Positions 26,692 to 39,153 of a stretch of DNA of 64,000 nt are shown here, piece after piece (positions within the stretch are counted from its first letter, which is position 1; each line of letters opens with the position of its first letter). The notes beneath the pieces were generated by a model. The model saw only the letters and a list, made by a program, of their open reading frames with translations. It was not told where the DNA came from and did not search any database. The position numbers and the translations under genes are program-made. The stretch spans positions 3,565,514-3,629,513 of the forward strand of contig NC_057753.1 of assembly GCF_004010195.1 (NCBI RefSeq), in the 5' to 3' direction. The DNA is from Chiloscyllium plagiosum (Eukaryota).

Positions 26692-26968
26692 GGGTGGCAC
26701 AGTGGTTAGCACTGCTGCCTCACAGCGCCAGCGACCCGGATTCGATTCCCGCCTCAGGCGACTGACTGTGTGGAGTTTGCACATTCTCCCTGTGTCTGCG
26801 TGGGTTTCCTCCGGGTGCTCCGGTTTCCTCCCACAGTCCAAAAATGTGCAGGGTCAGGTGAATTGGCCATGCTAAATTGCCCGTAGCGTTAGGTGTAGGG
26901 GCATGGGTCTGGGTTGGTAGCGGGTCGGTGTGGACTTGTTGGGCCGAAGGGCCTGTAAGTAATCTAAT
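26692..26968 (+). mobile_element. HE1-like V-SINE
   Basis: tRNA-derived head (tggcacagtggttagcac, ggattcgattccc), V-SINE core gtgtggagtttgcacattctccc...gggtttcctccgggtgctccggtttcctcccaca, and a CR1-derived tail. Confidence 0.92.
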
Positions 26969-27194
26969 ATAATTTTAAAGTGCTTGAATGCAGCTTAGAT
27001 ATATCCAAAGCCATCGAGCTATGTTCTGAGGTGACAAAATTATTATCAACACATTTAAATTAACACAGCTACTTTCATAAAAGCATCGTACTCTGTACGC
27101 TGGAGAACTAAACCTAAATTAGAAACAGAGCACGAGTAGGAATACTTGTGGAGAGAGAAAAAGGATTAACACTTCGAACACAAATGGCTCAACA

Positions 27195-30100
27195 AAGAAA
27201 ATTACAGCACAGGAACAGGCCCTTTGGTTCTCCAAGCCTGCGCTGATCCAGATCCTCTATCTAAACCTGTCACCTATTTTCGAAGGATCGTATCCCTCTT
27301 TTCCCTGCCATTCATGTGTCTATCTAGATACATCTTAGATGATGCTATCATGCCCGCCTCTACCACCGATGCTGGCTATGCGTTCCAGGCACTGACCACC
27401 ATCTGTGTAAAAACCTTATCAAGCATATTTCCCTGAAATGTTTCCACTCTCACTTTCATGTCGTGACAGCTAGTAATTGTGTCCCCCATTATGGGAAAAA
27501 GCTTCTTGCTATCCACCCTGTCGATACCTTTCATAATTTTGCAGACCTCAATCAGGTCCCTACTCAGCCTTGTCTTTCTCATGAAAATATTCATAATCTA
27601 CTGACCCTCTCTTCATAACCAACGCTCTCCATACCAGGCAACATCCTGATGGACCTCCTCTGCACCCTCTCCAAAGCACGCTCATCCTTTTGCTGATGTA
27701 GTGACAGAAGCAGTACGCAGTATTGCAAATGTGGCCGAATCTTGTACAACTGTAACATGATCTCCCAACTCTTGTACTCAAAACCCCACCTGATGAAGGT
27801 AAGTATGCTGTATGCCTTGTGACCACTCTATTGACCTGCGTGGCCACTTTCAGGGTACAATGGAGCAGAACACCCAGATCTCTCTTTACATCAATTTTCC
27901 CCACGACTTTTCCGTTTACTGTATAGTTCACTCTTGAATTGGATCTTCCAAAATGCATCACCTCGCTTTTTCTCGGATTGAACTCCAACTGCCATTTCTC
28001 AATCCAACTCTTCGATCTATTTTTATTCTGCTGGATTCTATGACAGACCCCTTCATTACCGCTACTCCAACAATCTGAGTGTTATCTGCAAGCTTGCTAA
28101 TTGGACCACATATTTATGTCATTTATGTCTATCACAAAAACCAGTTGTCCCAGCACGGATCACTGTCGAACAATACCGGTAACACTACTCCATTTTGAGA
28201 AACTACCTTCCATTATGACTCTCTGTTTCCTGTTGCCCAGCCAGTTCTTTATCCATCCAGCTAGCACACCCTGGGCCTCCTGCGACTTCTCTTTCTCAAT
28301 CTGTCGACCATGGGAAACCTTAACAAACATCACACTGCAGTCCATGTATATGACATCTACAGTCCTTCCCTCCGCAAACAACTTTGTCACTTCATCAAAG
28401 AATTCCATTAAGTTGGTAAGACATGAACTTCCCTGTACAAAACCATGCAACCTAGATAAACCCATTTTCCCTTCGTACCTTCTCCAGTAGTTACCTACCA
28501 TTGACGTCAGGCTCACCGGTCTATAATTACATTGATTATGCCTGCCATCCTTCTTAAACAAGAGGACAACATTAGCAATTCTCCACATTGTCTCACCCCT
28601 GTTCAAGGACCTGCAAAGATATCTGAAAGCCGTCAGCGTTTTCTTATCTCACTTTCCTCAGTAAGATCCGATCTGGACCTGGGGACTTAATGCCTTTTAG
28701 AAAACTCAACACTTACTCCCTCCTTATGCCGACTTTAACTACAGTAATCAAACATCGATCCTCAAAATCCGTCATACTCTCTCCGATGCAAAGTAATCAT
28801 TAAGAATCTCACCCATTTTCTCTGACTTAACGCATAACTTTTCTCCCTTATCCTTGAGTGGGCCAACACTTTCTCTAGATACCCTCTTGTTTCTAACACA
28901 TGAATAAAAGACTTTGGGATTTTCCTTAACCTTGTTTGCGAAATGTATTTTATGAACACTTTTAGCTCTCTTAATTCCTCTTTCCAGATTGGTTCTACAT
29001 TTCTGATATTCTTTCAAAGCCTCGTCACTCTTCAGTCGACTAGAAAGTATGTATGCTTCTTTTATCTTCTAAACTGGTTTCAAAATGTCAACTGTCATTC
29101 ATAGTTCCCTAACATTGCCATTTCTGTTCGTCATTTTCACAGGAACATGTCTCTCCGGCACTCTAATCAATCTCTCTTTCAAAGGCTCCCACAAATCAAA
29201 TGCGGATTTACAAAGAAAACAACATAGAAAAGAACAGCACAGAACAGGCCCTTTGGCCCACGATGTTGTGCGGAGGGTTATGTAAAATAAAATAACTTAA
29301 ACTACGCATTCCTCAACTCATTTCTATCCATGTGCATGTCCAGCAGTCGCTTAAATGTCCCTAATGACTCTACTTCCACCACCACCGCTGGTAACATATT
29401 CCATGCATTCACAAATCTCTGCGTAAAGAACCTTCCTCTGACGTCCACTCTATACCTTTCTCCTAACATCTTAAAACTATGACCCCTCGTACCAGTCAAT
29501 CCTGCCCTGGGGAAAAGTCTCTGGCTATTGACTCTATCTATTCCTCTCATTATTTTGTACACCTAGATCAGGTCACTTCTCTTCCTGCTTCTCTCCTGAG
29601 AGAAAAGTCCGAGCTTATTCAACCTTTCTTCATAAGGCAAACACTCCAGGTAGCATCCTGGTAAACCTTCTGTTCACCCTCTCCAAAGCCTCTGTATCTT
29701 TCCTACAGTAGGGCGACCAGAACTGGACACAATATTCCAAATGTGGTCTCACCAGGGACTTGTAGAGCTGTAGCAAAACCTCACGGCTATTAATCGCAAC
29801 CCCCCTGTTAATGAAAGCTAAAACACCATATGCTTTCTTAACAGCCCTATCTACTTAGATGGTGACTTTGAAGGATCTATGTACTTGCACACCAAGAACT
29901 CTCTGTTCCTCCACACTGCCAAGAATCCTATCTTTAATCCCATATTCAGCTTTCGAGTTCGACTTTCCAAAATGCATCACTTCACATTTATCCTGGTTGA
30001 ACTCCATCTGCCATTTCTCAGCCCAGCTCTGCATCCTGTCGATGTCGCGCTGCAGCCTGCAATAGCCTCGATACTATCGACGGCACCACCAACCTTTGTG

Positions 30101-33100
30101 TCATCTGCAAACTTACTAACCACCACTCAACCTCCTCGTCCAAGTTATGTATAACAACTACAAAGAGCAGAGACCCAAGAACAGAACCCTGCGGACCCCA
30201 CTCAACGCTGACCTCCAGGCAGAATACTTACCATCTACAACCACAGTCTGCCTTCTGTCAGCCAGCTAGTTCTGAATCCAGATAGCCAAACCTCCCTGTA
30301 CCCCATATTTCCTGATTTTATGAATGGGCCTACCATGGGGAACCTTATCAAATGCCTTTTTGAAGTCCATATACATTGCATTCACTGCTCGACCTTTGTC
30401 GACCTGTCTTCTCACCTCATCAAATAATCAATGAGATTTGTGAGGCATGCCGACTACCTTTAATCACGCCATGCTTTGCCAAATAGTCATAAATCCTATC
30501 CCTCAGAATTCTTTCCAAAACTTTACTGACCACAGACGTAAGACTGACTGGTCTGTAATTGCCAGGGATTTCTCTATTACCCTTCTTGAAAAGAGGAACA
30601 ACATTGGTATGACTCCCGTGGAGAGTGAGGAGCCAACGGCTTAGCAACCTCCTTTCTCGATTCCCGGAGCAGCCGAGGATAAATCTGGATTGGCCCTGGG
30701 GACTTATCAATCTTAATGTTTTCCAAACTTTCCAGCACATCAACCCATCGATCTTCATCTGGTCAAGCTTGTATTCCAGCTCCTCAAAATTCTCATTCAC
30801 AACGGTGCCCCTTTCCTTAGTGAAAACCGAATCAAGAAACTCATTTAAGACTTCCCCAATCTGCTCAGACTCCACACACATGTTCCCTGGTCGGCCCTAC
30901 TTTCTCTCTGATCATTCTCTTATTCCTCACGTATGAGTAAAATGCTTTTGGGTTCTCCCTCATCCTTCCTGCCAGGCCTTTCTTGTGCCCCCTTCTGGCT
31001 CTCCTCGGTCCGTTTCTGAGCTCCTTTCTAGCACGCCTCTAATCATCGAAAGCTGTGCTAGATTCTTTCTTCCTCCACCTTACGTATGCTGCCTTCTTCC
31101 TTTTGACAAGAAGCTCCTCTGTTCTCGTCATCCAAGATTCCTTAATCTTACCCATTCGTACCTGTCTTGAGAAACAAATTTATGCATCACTCACAACAAC
31201 TGCTTCTTAAATACTCTTCACATGTCTGCTGTGCTGTTTCGGTGGAGCAATTGATCCCAGTCTGTACTCCCCTACTCCTGTCTGACAGCATCATAATTTC
31301 CTTTTCCCCAATTAAATACCTTCCCTTGGTAACTGCTTCTTTCCCTCTCCAAGGCTATAGTAAATGAGAGGCAGTTGTGAGTACTGTCACCTAAGTGTTC
31401 TCCCACCGTGAGATCTAACACCTGTCCTGGCTCATTGCTGAACTCCAAATCCAAAATGGCCTCTCCCCTCGCCTACATACTGAGCAAGGAAACCCTCCTG
31501 AACGCACCTGACATGAACGGCTCCATCCAAACCATCTGGACTTAGGAGGTTACAGTCGATATTGGGAAAGTTGAAATAACCCAAAACAACAACCCTGCTA
31601 CATCTGCATTTTTCCAGAATCTGCCGCCTGTGAGTTCCTCAATCTCTCTACTGCTATTCGGGAGTCTGTAGAAAACACCCAATGAGGTATCTGCTCCCTT
31701 ACTGTTCCTAACTTCCACCCATACTGACTCAGTAGACAAACCTCCCTCGAAACCTTCGTTTCTGTACCTGTGATGCACTCTCTGATTAGCAATGCTAAAC
31801 CCTCTTCACTTTTTCCACCCTCCCTGTTCCTTTTAAATGTTTTAATCCTTGGAACATCAAGCAACCATTCGTGCCACTGTGAGACCCACGTCTCCGTTAT
31901 GGCCACAACATCATAGCCCCAAGCACTGACCCATGCTCTAAGTTCATCACTCTTATTTCTGAGACACTCATTGCATTCAAGCAGACGCACTTTAACCGAT
32001 CCCTTTGTTTCATTGTGTGAGCAACCTTCCCGATAGATTCACGACATCCTTCCACTGCCCCGTCTGCAACTGCCCCCCCCCCTCAGACATGTGGCTCTGA
32101 TTACCATCCCCCCTGCCAAACTAGCTTAAACCCTCCCGAATTACCATTGCAAAATAATCCCTTACTGAAACGTCAATCATCTGGCCAGCTTCATTCCGCA
32201 ACATGTCCCGTTTCCAAGTTTTTGTATTTTCATGCTGCTGTATAAAATTCTCCTGGAAGCTCCATATTGACCTCTAACACTAACTGAATCCCAGTCAATG
32301 TTGAGAAAATTTAAATCTCCTATCACCACCACCCTGTTGCTCCTGAGCCTTTCCATAATCTGTTTACATATTTGTACTTCTATTTCATGCTCACCGTTGG
32401 GAGACCTGTAATCCAGCACCAAAACTGTTATTGCACGCTTCCTATTTTTAAACTCTGTCCATATTGCCTAACTACGATAGTACTTCATAGTGCTTTCCTT
32501 CAGTGCTGCTATGATATCCGCTCTGACCAGTAATGCAACTCCTCCACCCCTTTTACTTCCCTCTGTATCCCGTCCGAATCATCGGTATCCTGTCAAATCA
32601 TGCCCTTCCCTCAAGCAAGTCTCAGTAATTGCAATAACGTCATGCACCCAGATACTAAACCAAGCCCTAAGTTCATCTACCTTACCTCCGACACTTTTTG
32701 CATTAAAACAAATACACCTTAGGCCACCTGTCACTTTGCGTTCATCATCTGCTCCCTGCCGACTCACACCCTTAGTCAGGCTGATTTCATTATCTGTTTC
32801 CTTACAGGCTTTAGTTACGACTTTTTTTACTGTCCACTAACCTCCTCATTTGGTTTCCCGGCCCTGCCACATTAGTTACCCCTCCCGAAAAGCGTTAGCA
32901 AAAGCAAACCCTAAGATATTGGTTCCTGTCCAGCCCAGGTGTAGACCGTCCTCTTTTTTTAAAATAGTACCCCATCCCCCAGAACCAGTCCCAATGTCAC
33001 AGAAATACGGACCCTTCCCTCTGGCATCATCTCACAAGCCACTCACTCACCCTACCTATTCTTTCATTTCTGCTCTGACTACAACGTGGCACTGGTTGCA

Positions 33101-33640
33101 ATCACGAGATTATTCCGGCTGATGCCTTACAATTTAACTTGACTTCTAACTCAATAAATTCTGTTTGTAGGACCTCATCCTGTTTATTATCTATATCATT
33201 GGTGCCTATATGCACAAAGACTAATGGCTGTTCACCCTCCCCCTTCAGAATATCCTGCAGCTGATCTGAGACATCCCTGACCCGTGTAACTGGGAGGCAA
33301 CATACCATTCGGGAGTCTCGTTTTCGACTACAGAATCGCCTATTTACTCACATTACAATTGATTCCCCTATGACCATAGCCCTTTCATCATTTTTTCCCG
33401 CACTCTGTACAGCAGAGAAAGCCACGATGCCATGAACCTGCCTACTGCTGCCTTCCCCTCGTCAGCCATCTCCCCCAATAATATCCAAAAGAGTGTACGT
33501 GTTTAGGGGACGATGACTGCAGGGAATACCTGCGCTGCCTTCCTGCTCTTTGTTTGCCATTTAGTCATCCATTTAGTTTCTCCCTCAGCAATCCTAACCT
33601 GTGGTATGACCAATTCACTAAACGTGCTATCCTCGTCCTC
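27195..33640 (-). mobile_element. Near full-length degenerate CR1 (ORF1 esterase + ORF2), split by a nested CR1
   Basis: ORF1 SGNH-type esterase motif VCCLPVTRVRDVS..GEGEQPLVFVHIGTNDI (33102-33308). ORF2 start GLRCICFNAKSV..DELRAW (32579-32767). RT and 3' parts at 27195-29210. Confidence 0.88.
29212..32140 (-). mobile_element. Nested CR1 copy (ORF2 to 3' tail)
   Basis: A new 3' tail starts at about 29215 (aacatagaaaagaacagcacagaacaggccc). Endonuclease RNKSDELRAWVSAWGYDVVAITETW (31598-31990); NYRPVSLTSVVSKVLERI (30420-30881). Confidence 0.88.
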
Positions 33641-33839
33641 AACGACTCACCTTCAGAAACGCTTTCGAGGAAGAATGATACTTGACTAGAAACATTCATT
33701 TTATGTATCTATCCTCAGAGGCGGCCATCTGTGCTGACCTTGACGAAAACTTTGTGTTTTTATTTGAAGACTTATCACAATGAGCTGGCCCCAGTGTTTG
33801 AGGTTACATTGTGTTCTAAATTAAGTATGAAACATTGGA

Positions 33840-35700
33840 CATTCTTGTCTGGTTAGGCAGAACCTTCAACATTCATCCTGAACATCATATGAGATGTGAA
33901 CATCAAAGTACAGCAGCTCCTTAATGCTACCCAGAGTCTTACTCTTCACCATGTATTTCCTGTTCTTGTTTCGTGCGGAAGTGAATCACCTCATACTTAT
34001 CCTGATTGAGTTCCACTGATCAACCACTTGACCAGCCTGTCGATATCCTTAAGTTTACTATTATATCTCCCTCACTTTTTATCAACTCATCACGTTTTAT
34101 ATCATTTGTCAACTGATAAATCAATTCTCCTGCTTGCAGATCTAAATCATATAGATGTAAAACAAAACAAAACAAAAAGGCCCCAACACTGAATCCAGCA
34201 GATTCCCCACTGTACATGAGGTTCCAAACACAAAATCACCCTCGAATTGTCTGGGCACCTCTGCTTCCTGCCACTCAGACAATTATGGATCGTATAGACT
34301 AACTTCTGTATCCCGTAGAATCTTATCTTAGCTACCAGTCTCCCATACAGGACCTTATAGAACATAGAACATTACAGTGCAGTGCACACCCCTCAGCCTT
34401 CAATGTTGCGTTGATCAGTGAAATCAGTCTGAAGCCCATCGAACGGACACTATTCCTTTCTCGTCCATATGACTATCCAATGACCATTTAAATGCCCTTA
34501 AAGTTGGCGAGTTTACTTCTGTTGCAGGCAGTGCGTTCCATGTCCCTATTCCTCCCTGATTACGGATATGACCTCTGACATGTGTCTTATATCTATCACC
34601 CCTCAATTTAAAGCTGTGTCCCTTCGTGCTAGCCATCACCATCCGAGGAAACAGCTCTCTCTGTCCACCCTATCAAACCATCTGATTATATTATATGTCT
34701 CAATTAAGTCACCTCTCAATCTTCTTCTCTCTAACGAAAACAGCTTCAACTCCCTCAGTCTTTCCTCCTAAGACCTTCCGGCCATACCAGGCTACATCTT
34801 GGTAAATCTCCTCTGAACCTCTTCCAAAGCTTTCACATCCTTCCTCTAATACGGTGACCAGAATTGAAAGCAATACTCCAAAGCGCGGCTGCAGCAGAAA
34901 ATTGTACAGCTGCACCATAACCTCATGGTTCCGAAACTCAATCCCTCTTTCAATAAAAGTTAACTCACAGTAGACCTTCTTAACAACCCTAACAACCTGT
35001 GTGGTAAGTTTCTAGGATCTATGCACCTGGACACCATAATCTCTCTGCTCATCTACAGCACCAAGTATCTACCAAAAGATCAGTGCCCTTTATTCCTGTT
35101 ACTCCTTCCAAAGTGAATCACCTCACACTTTTCCGCATTAAACTCCATTTGCCACGTCTCAGTCCAGATCTGCAGTTTATCTATGTTCCTCTGTAACCTA
35201 CAACATGGTTCGTCACTATCCACAACAATACCGACTTTGGTCTCATCCGCAAATTTACTAACCTATCCTTCTACACACTCACCCAGGTCATTTATAAAAA
35301 TGGCAAATAGCAGTGGACCCAAAACAGATCCTTGCAGTACACCACTGGTAACTGAATTCTAGGACAAGTATTTCCCATCAATCACCACTCTCTGTCTTCT
35401 TTCAGCTTGCCAATTTCTGATCCAAAGCACTAAATCACCCTCAATCCCATATGCCTCCATATTTTGCACAATAGCCTATCATGTGAAACCTTAACGAACT
35501 CCTTTCTGAAATAACTCTACACACTTGGACATCTCTTCAAAAAATTCATTCAAGTTATTCAGACATGATGTCACTTTAGAAGACTTATACGGACTGTTCT
35601 AGTTTATTCCCTTCCAAGTTCTCATGAATTCTATACGTCAAGTTTCCTACAGTCACTTGCATACCAACAAGATAGGATATAATGCACTATTTCCAGCTTT
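33840..35700 (-). mobile_element. CR1 fragments, with a younger CR1 3' part (about 34357-35500) nested in an older one
   Basis: Tail atagaacatagaacattacag at about 34357. RT motifs (tcatccgcaaatttact = SKFADE on the minus strand). Confidence 0.8.
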
Positions 35701-36704
35701 ATACTTGATACTGCTTCCTCCCACAGTTTAAAGTTGTGCAGCTTAGGTAAATTGGCAAGGCTAAATTGCCTGTAGTGTTCAGTGATGTGTACATTATCTG
35801 CATTAGTCAGTACATTAGTCAGAAAATGTAAGGCAACAGGGTAAGGGAATGAGTCTGGGTGGGATAGTATTCGAAGGTTGATGTGGACATACTGGGACAG
35901 AAAGCCTTTTTACCACACTGTAGGGATTCTTTCCTTCTGGTCCCTGCCAACAACATCAAACTACGGAAACATAAAAATGCCGTCCTGGCAAAACTGAAAC
36001 AGTTGGTGGTGATGGGGGAGACCAATTGGCCATTACAATCTGAGCAGAAACGTCTCTGGACCCCGTGACACCAGCTCACTATAAAGATTGGCATATGGGG
36101 AGCAGCAGATTGTCCTGAACAAAGATTGCTGCCCGAAACTGGGTCATTCAGAGATTTCAAAATGAAAATAATGGCAGCACGTTGTCTGATGGCCAGGATT
36201 GGATGTTAAAACAGTAACACTTCTGGGGAACTGCAGAGAGTGCGAACAAGGACAAAAAATACAGCCTGCGGCTTCCACACATTCGTGGTAATGGACTGTC
36301 ACACATCGACTGTGGCAAACCTTTCATAGGCTCAATGTTCTTAGTTATTATGGTTGCACGTGTGTAGAATTAATTCATCAAACACGGGGACGATGACTGA
36401 AAAGCTGCGAGCATCAATTGCAATCGCCGGAACATGGATGTCACTGTCAGCGGATCATTCTTCACTAGCAGGGAATTCGAGTATTTCCTAAAGTTGAATG
36501 CCATTTTATAAAGTGGGAAGGACAGCTCCATATAATCCAGCATCCAATAATCTTGTGGAAAGACCACCCCAGACTTTGAAGGCAAGCTGATAGAAACAGT
36601 TCACAGTTCCTGATTGACTATCAGTCTTTCCCTCACGCAACTACAACGACAGCAGTAGAGCCGCCAATGGGGTGCAGGCTCGGCGTCAGGTAAAACCTGA
36701 TCTT

Positions 36705-37207
36705 ACCCTCCCCTTCACTGTTTGATCACACAGCACTGCCCTTTGATGTGAAGGGCACTGCTTGTCACTGGCCACTCGGGTGTTTCCTATCTTCCTGGTG
36801 GTGGAAATTGAATAAAGATTTGTGCACCTTGTGTCTCTCACTGTGTCTCACATCGATACACACCATTGGTGCTGGGGAAAATTAAGCACTACCGCAGTTA
36901 GGCGGTAGTGTGGGGGTTTAATGAAAGAAAGGAGAAAAAATATATAAACAGGGACTTGCCATTTGATGGGAAGGGCAGTGCTTGTCACTGGCCACTCGGG
37001 TGTTTTCCTATCTTCCTGGTGGTGGAAATTGAATAAAGATTTGTGCATCCTTGTGTCTCTCACTGTGTCTCACACCTACACACACCATGGGTGCTGGGAA
37101 AAATAAGCACTACCGCAGTTAGGCGGTAGTGTGGGGTTTAAAAAAAAACAGGAGATTCACCTGCACACACACAACCTGGGTGCTAGAAAGTTAAAAAGAA
37201 AAGAAAA
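36705..37207 (+). mobile_element. Unclassified insertion: two ~220-bp hairpin-rich units with A-rich ends
   Basis: Flanked by ctgatctt (36697-36704 and 37208-37215). Each unit has AATAAA and the perfect hairpin cactaccgc-agttag-gcggtagtg (36887-36910 and 37108-37131). Confidence 0.7.
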
Positions 37208-37425
37208 CTGATCTTCCCAGGTAACACTGACAACACATCTGGAACGCCAATGTCGGACAGAGAACTCCTTTGAATGACAGAGGGACTTTCCTTTTGGGGG
37301 AAGGAGTCTGCTATTGAAATCACGTAAACGGCCCTGGATGGTAGGTAGCATATCCGACTTGAGGTCAAAACGAGTGATGCACAAATTTCGGGTCGGAGAG
37401 GATGATCTGAACAAGCTCTGTAACG

Positions 37426-37721
37426 GGCGGCACGGTGGCACAGTGGTTAGCACTGTTACCTCACAGCGCCAGAGACCCGGGTTCAATTCCCGCCTCAGGT
37501 GACTGACTGCGTGGAGTTTGCACATTCTCCCCGTGTCTGCGTGGGTTTCCTCCGGGTGGTCCGGTTTCCTCCCACAGTCCAAAAATGTGCAGGTGAATTG
37601 GCCATGTTAAATTGCTCGTAGTGTTAGGTGCAGGGGTAAATGTAGGGGGATGGGTCTGGGTGGGTTGCGCTTCGGCGGGTCGGTGTGGACTTGTTTCAAC
37701 ACTGTAAGTAATCTAATCTAA
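37426..37721 (+). mobile_element. HE1-like V-SINE
   Basis: Intact head ggcggcacggtggcacagtggttagc...gggttcaattccc, V-SINE core and (aatct)n tail. Flanked by gtaacg repeats (37420-37425 and 37722-37727). Confidence 0.93.
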
Positions 37722-38442
37722 GTAACGTGTGCATGGAGCAAAGTTTATCTGGCCCCTCAGAACATCTAACAAAGCTCTCAGAATCAATGGGCTCTCCTCA
37801 TTTGCGAGGAGATGGACAAGGCAGATGTCACAGCCTCGACGCAGTTACCATCTGAAGCAGTCGAATCTCTTCTAAGATACTCAAGGCACAAGGCATGTTG
37901 TGATCTGATACACACTACCAGTTTCAGAGGCAGAATCAGAGCAAGTGAACCAGGTGTGGCAATGTGCTAGGAGAGACTAGTGACTTGGTGACTGGATACA
38001 TGGTGATTACATGAAGTAATTTCAGAATCTAAATGGCCCATGCTTTCTGCTCCTTTGCCGATTCATGCATCTGTTATGATGCCCCTTAAAATCTCATCAA
38101 TTTTCACCAGTACATTTCTGTAGAATTTTTATTCAGCTGGCCTTCGTAACCTGAAATCAAACGTGCTGAGGAGGATGCTGGCAACGCAAAATATTTTCGC
38201 AGTATTGACCTGTGTACGAAGAATACAATCATTTTGTGATGGACTTGGCAACACTGAATGTCATCTTGCTGACTTGGAGAATATCACATTTCATGCGCGC
38301 ATCCTCATGTAATCATGCACGCGTCACTTTAGATCAATTTTAGGCCTTATAAAATAAACATCTAATCCAATATAAGGGTAGCCAAACAGAAATTGCACTT
38401 ATCTTCATATTGCAATAAAAACAATTACACAAAAATTAAATC

Positions 38443-38491
38443 AACTAATTAACTCCCTGGAGCCTGCAATGCATATGTCACCCTGTATAAA
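38443..38491 (+). promoter_or_regulatory. Gene B proximal promoter: homeodomain + O/E-like motif and TATA box
   Basis: AACTAATTAACTCCCTGGAGCCT (38443-38465) and TATAAA (38486-38491). Confidence 0.65.
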
Positions 38492-38542
38492 TGTAGACAC
38501 GTTTCGATGATTAATAGAAAGTGCTCAGAACATCTGTCAGAA

Positions 38543-38612
38543 ATGCATGAAATACCAAAAGGATTGGTCTTTGCAATTTACTATCCAGCCCTTGCAGCTA
38601 TCGGTCTGCCAG
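38543..38612 (+). CDS. GPCR gene B, exon 1 (70 nt): MHEIPKGLVFAIYYPALAAIGLP+G
   Basis: gaaATG at 38543, donor G|GTAAAA at 38613. Joins exon 2 to give GLP-ANL, matching the YY..L..GLPAN TM1 of GPR139-type receptors. Confidence 0.9.
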
Positions 38613-39153
38613 GTAAAATGTTGCGAGTGTAAACTGCGTGTGATGAAGGTGATATACACATTGTGATATGTTAAAGGTGTGTAGTTTTATGCTATATTTC
38701 AACTGTGTTAAAGGCAACAATAATGCAAATGAGTTACAAGTATTGTCACACTGCCAACGCAATTCCACTATGGAGCTGGCAACACGATATTGGGTCAATT
38801 ACCTGACTGATCCATTGTGGCATTGATACTTATTCAGGTGACTCGTTATTATCATATTTTAAATAATTTTTGGAGGTTATATCCACAGTCATCCTGACGT
38901 GCATTTTGAGTTATTGTGCAATTTTCTTTGAAAGTAAGTGTTAATAACCATGAATGAGTTGTTGCTTGAGTAGTTTGAAGATTGAAAAATTTCCGCTGGC
39001 ATTTAATAACAGATTTTATTGAAGGGGGAAAATTGGTTTTCGAAACTTTCAAAGACATATAACAAGATTGGAGTTTGTCACGAATGCACAGAGCATAGTT
39101 TATTGTTTTCAGTCACTGCTGCTCACTGTTGTAGGATTGCACTCTCGTTCTGT

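Larger units (their letters stand above)
35930..38025 (+). mobile_element. Degenerate Gypsy integrase/LTR remnant, paralogous to 690-2710
   Basis: 36290-36500 matches 1640-1870 (cctttcataggctcaatgttc; ttcactagcagggaattc). LTR end at about 37980-38025. Confidence 0.72.

Noticed and set aside
26692..26760. tRNA genes at SINE heads (also 37426, 41963, 58430)
   Set aside because: A/B boxes run directly into SINE body sequence. These are tRNA-derived SINE heads, not tRNA genes.
36705..37207. CRISPR-like array or bacterial terminators
   Set aside because: Eukaryotic context, only two long near-identical units with no unique spacers, and no cas genes.
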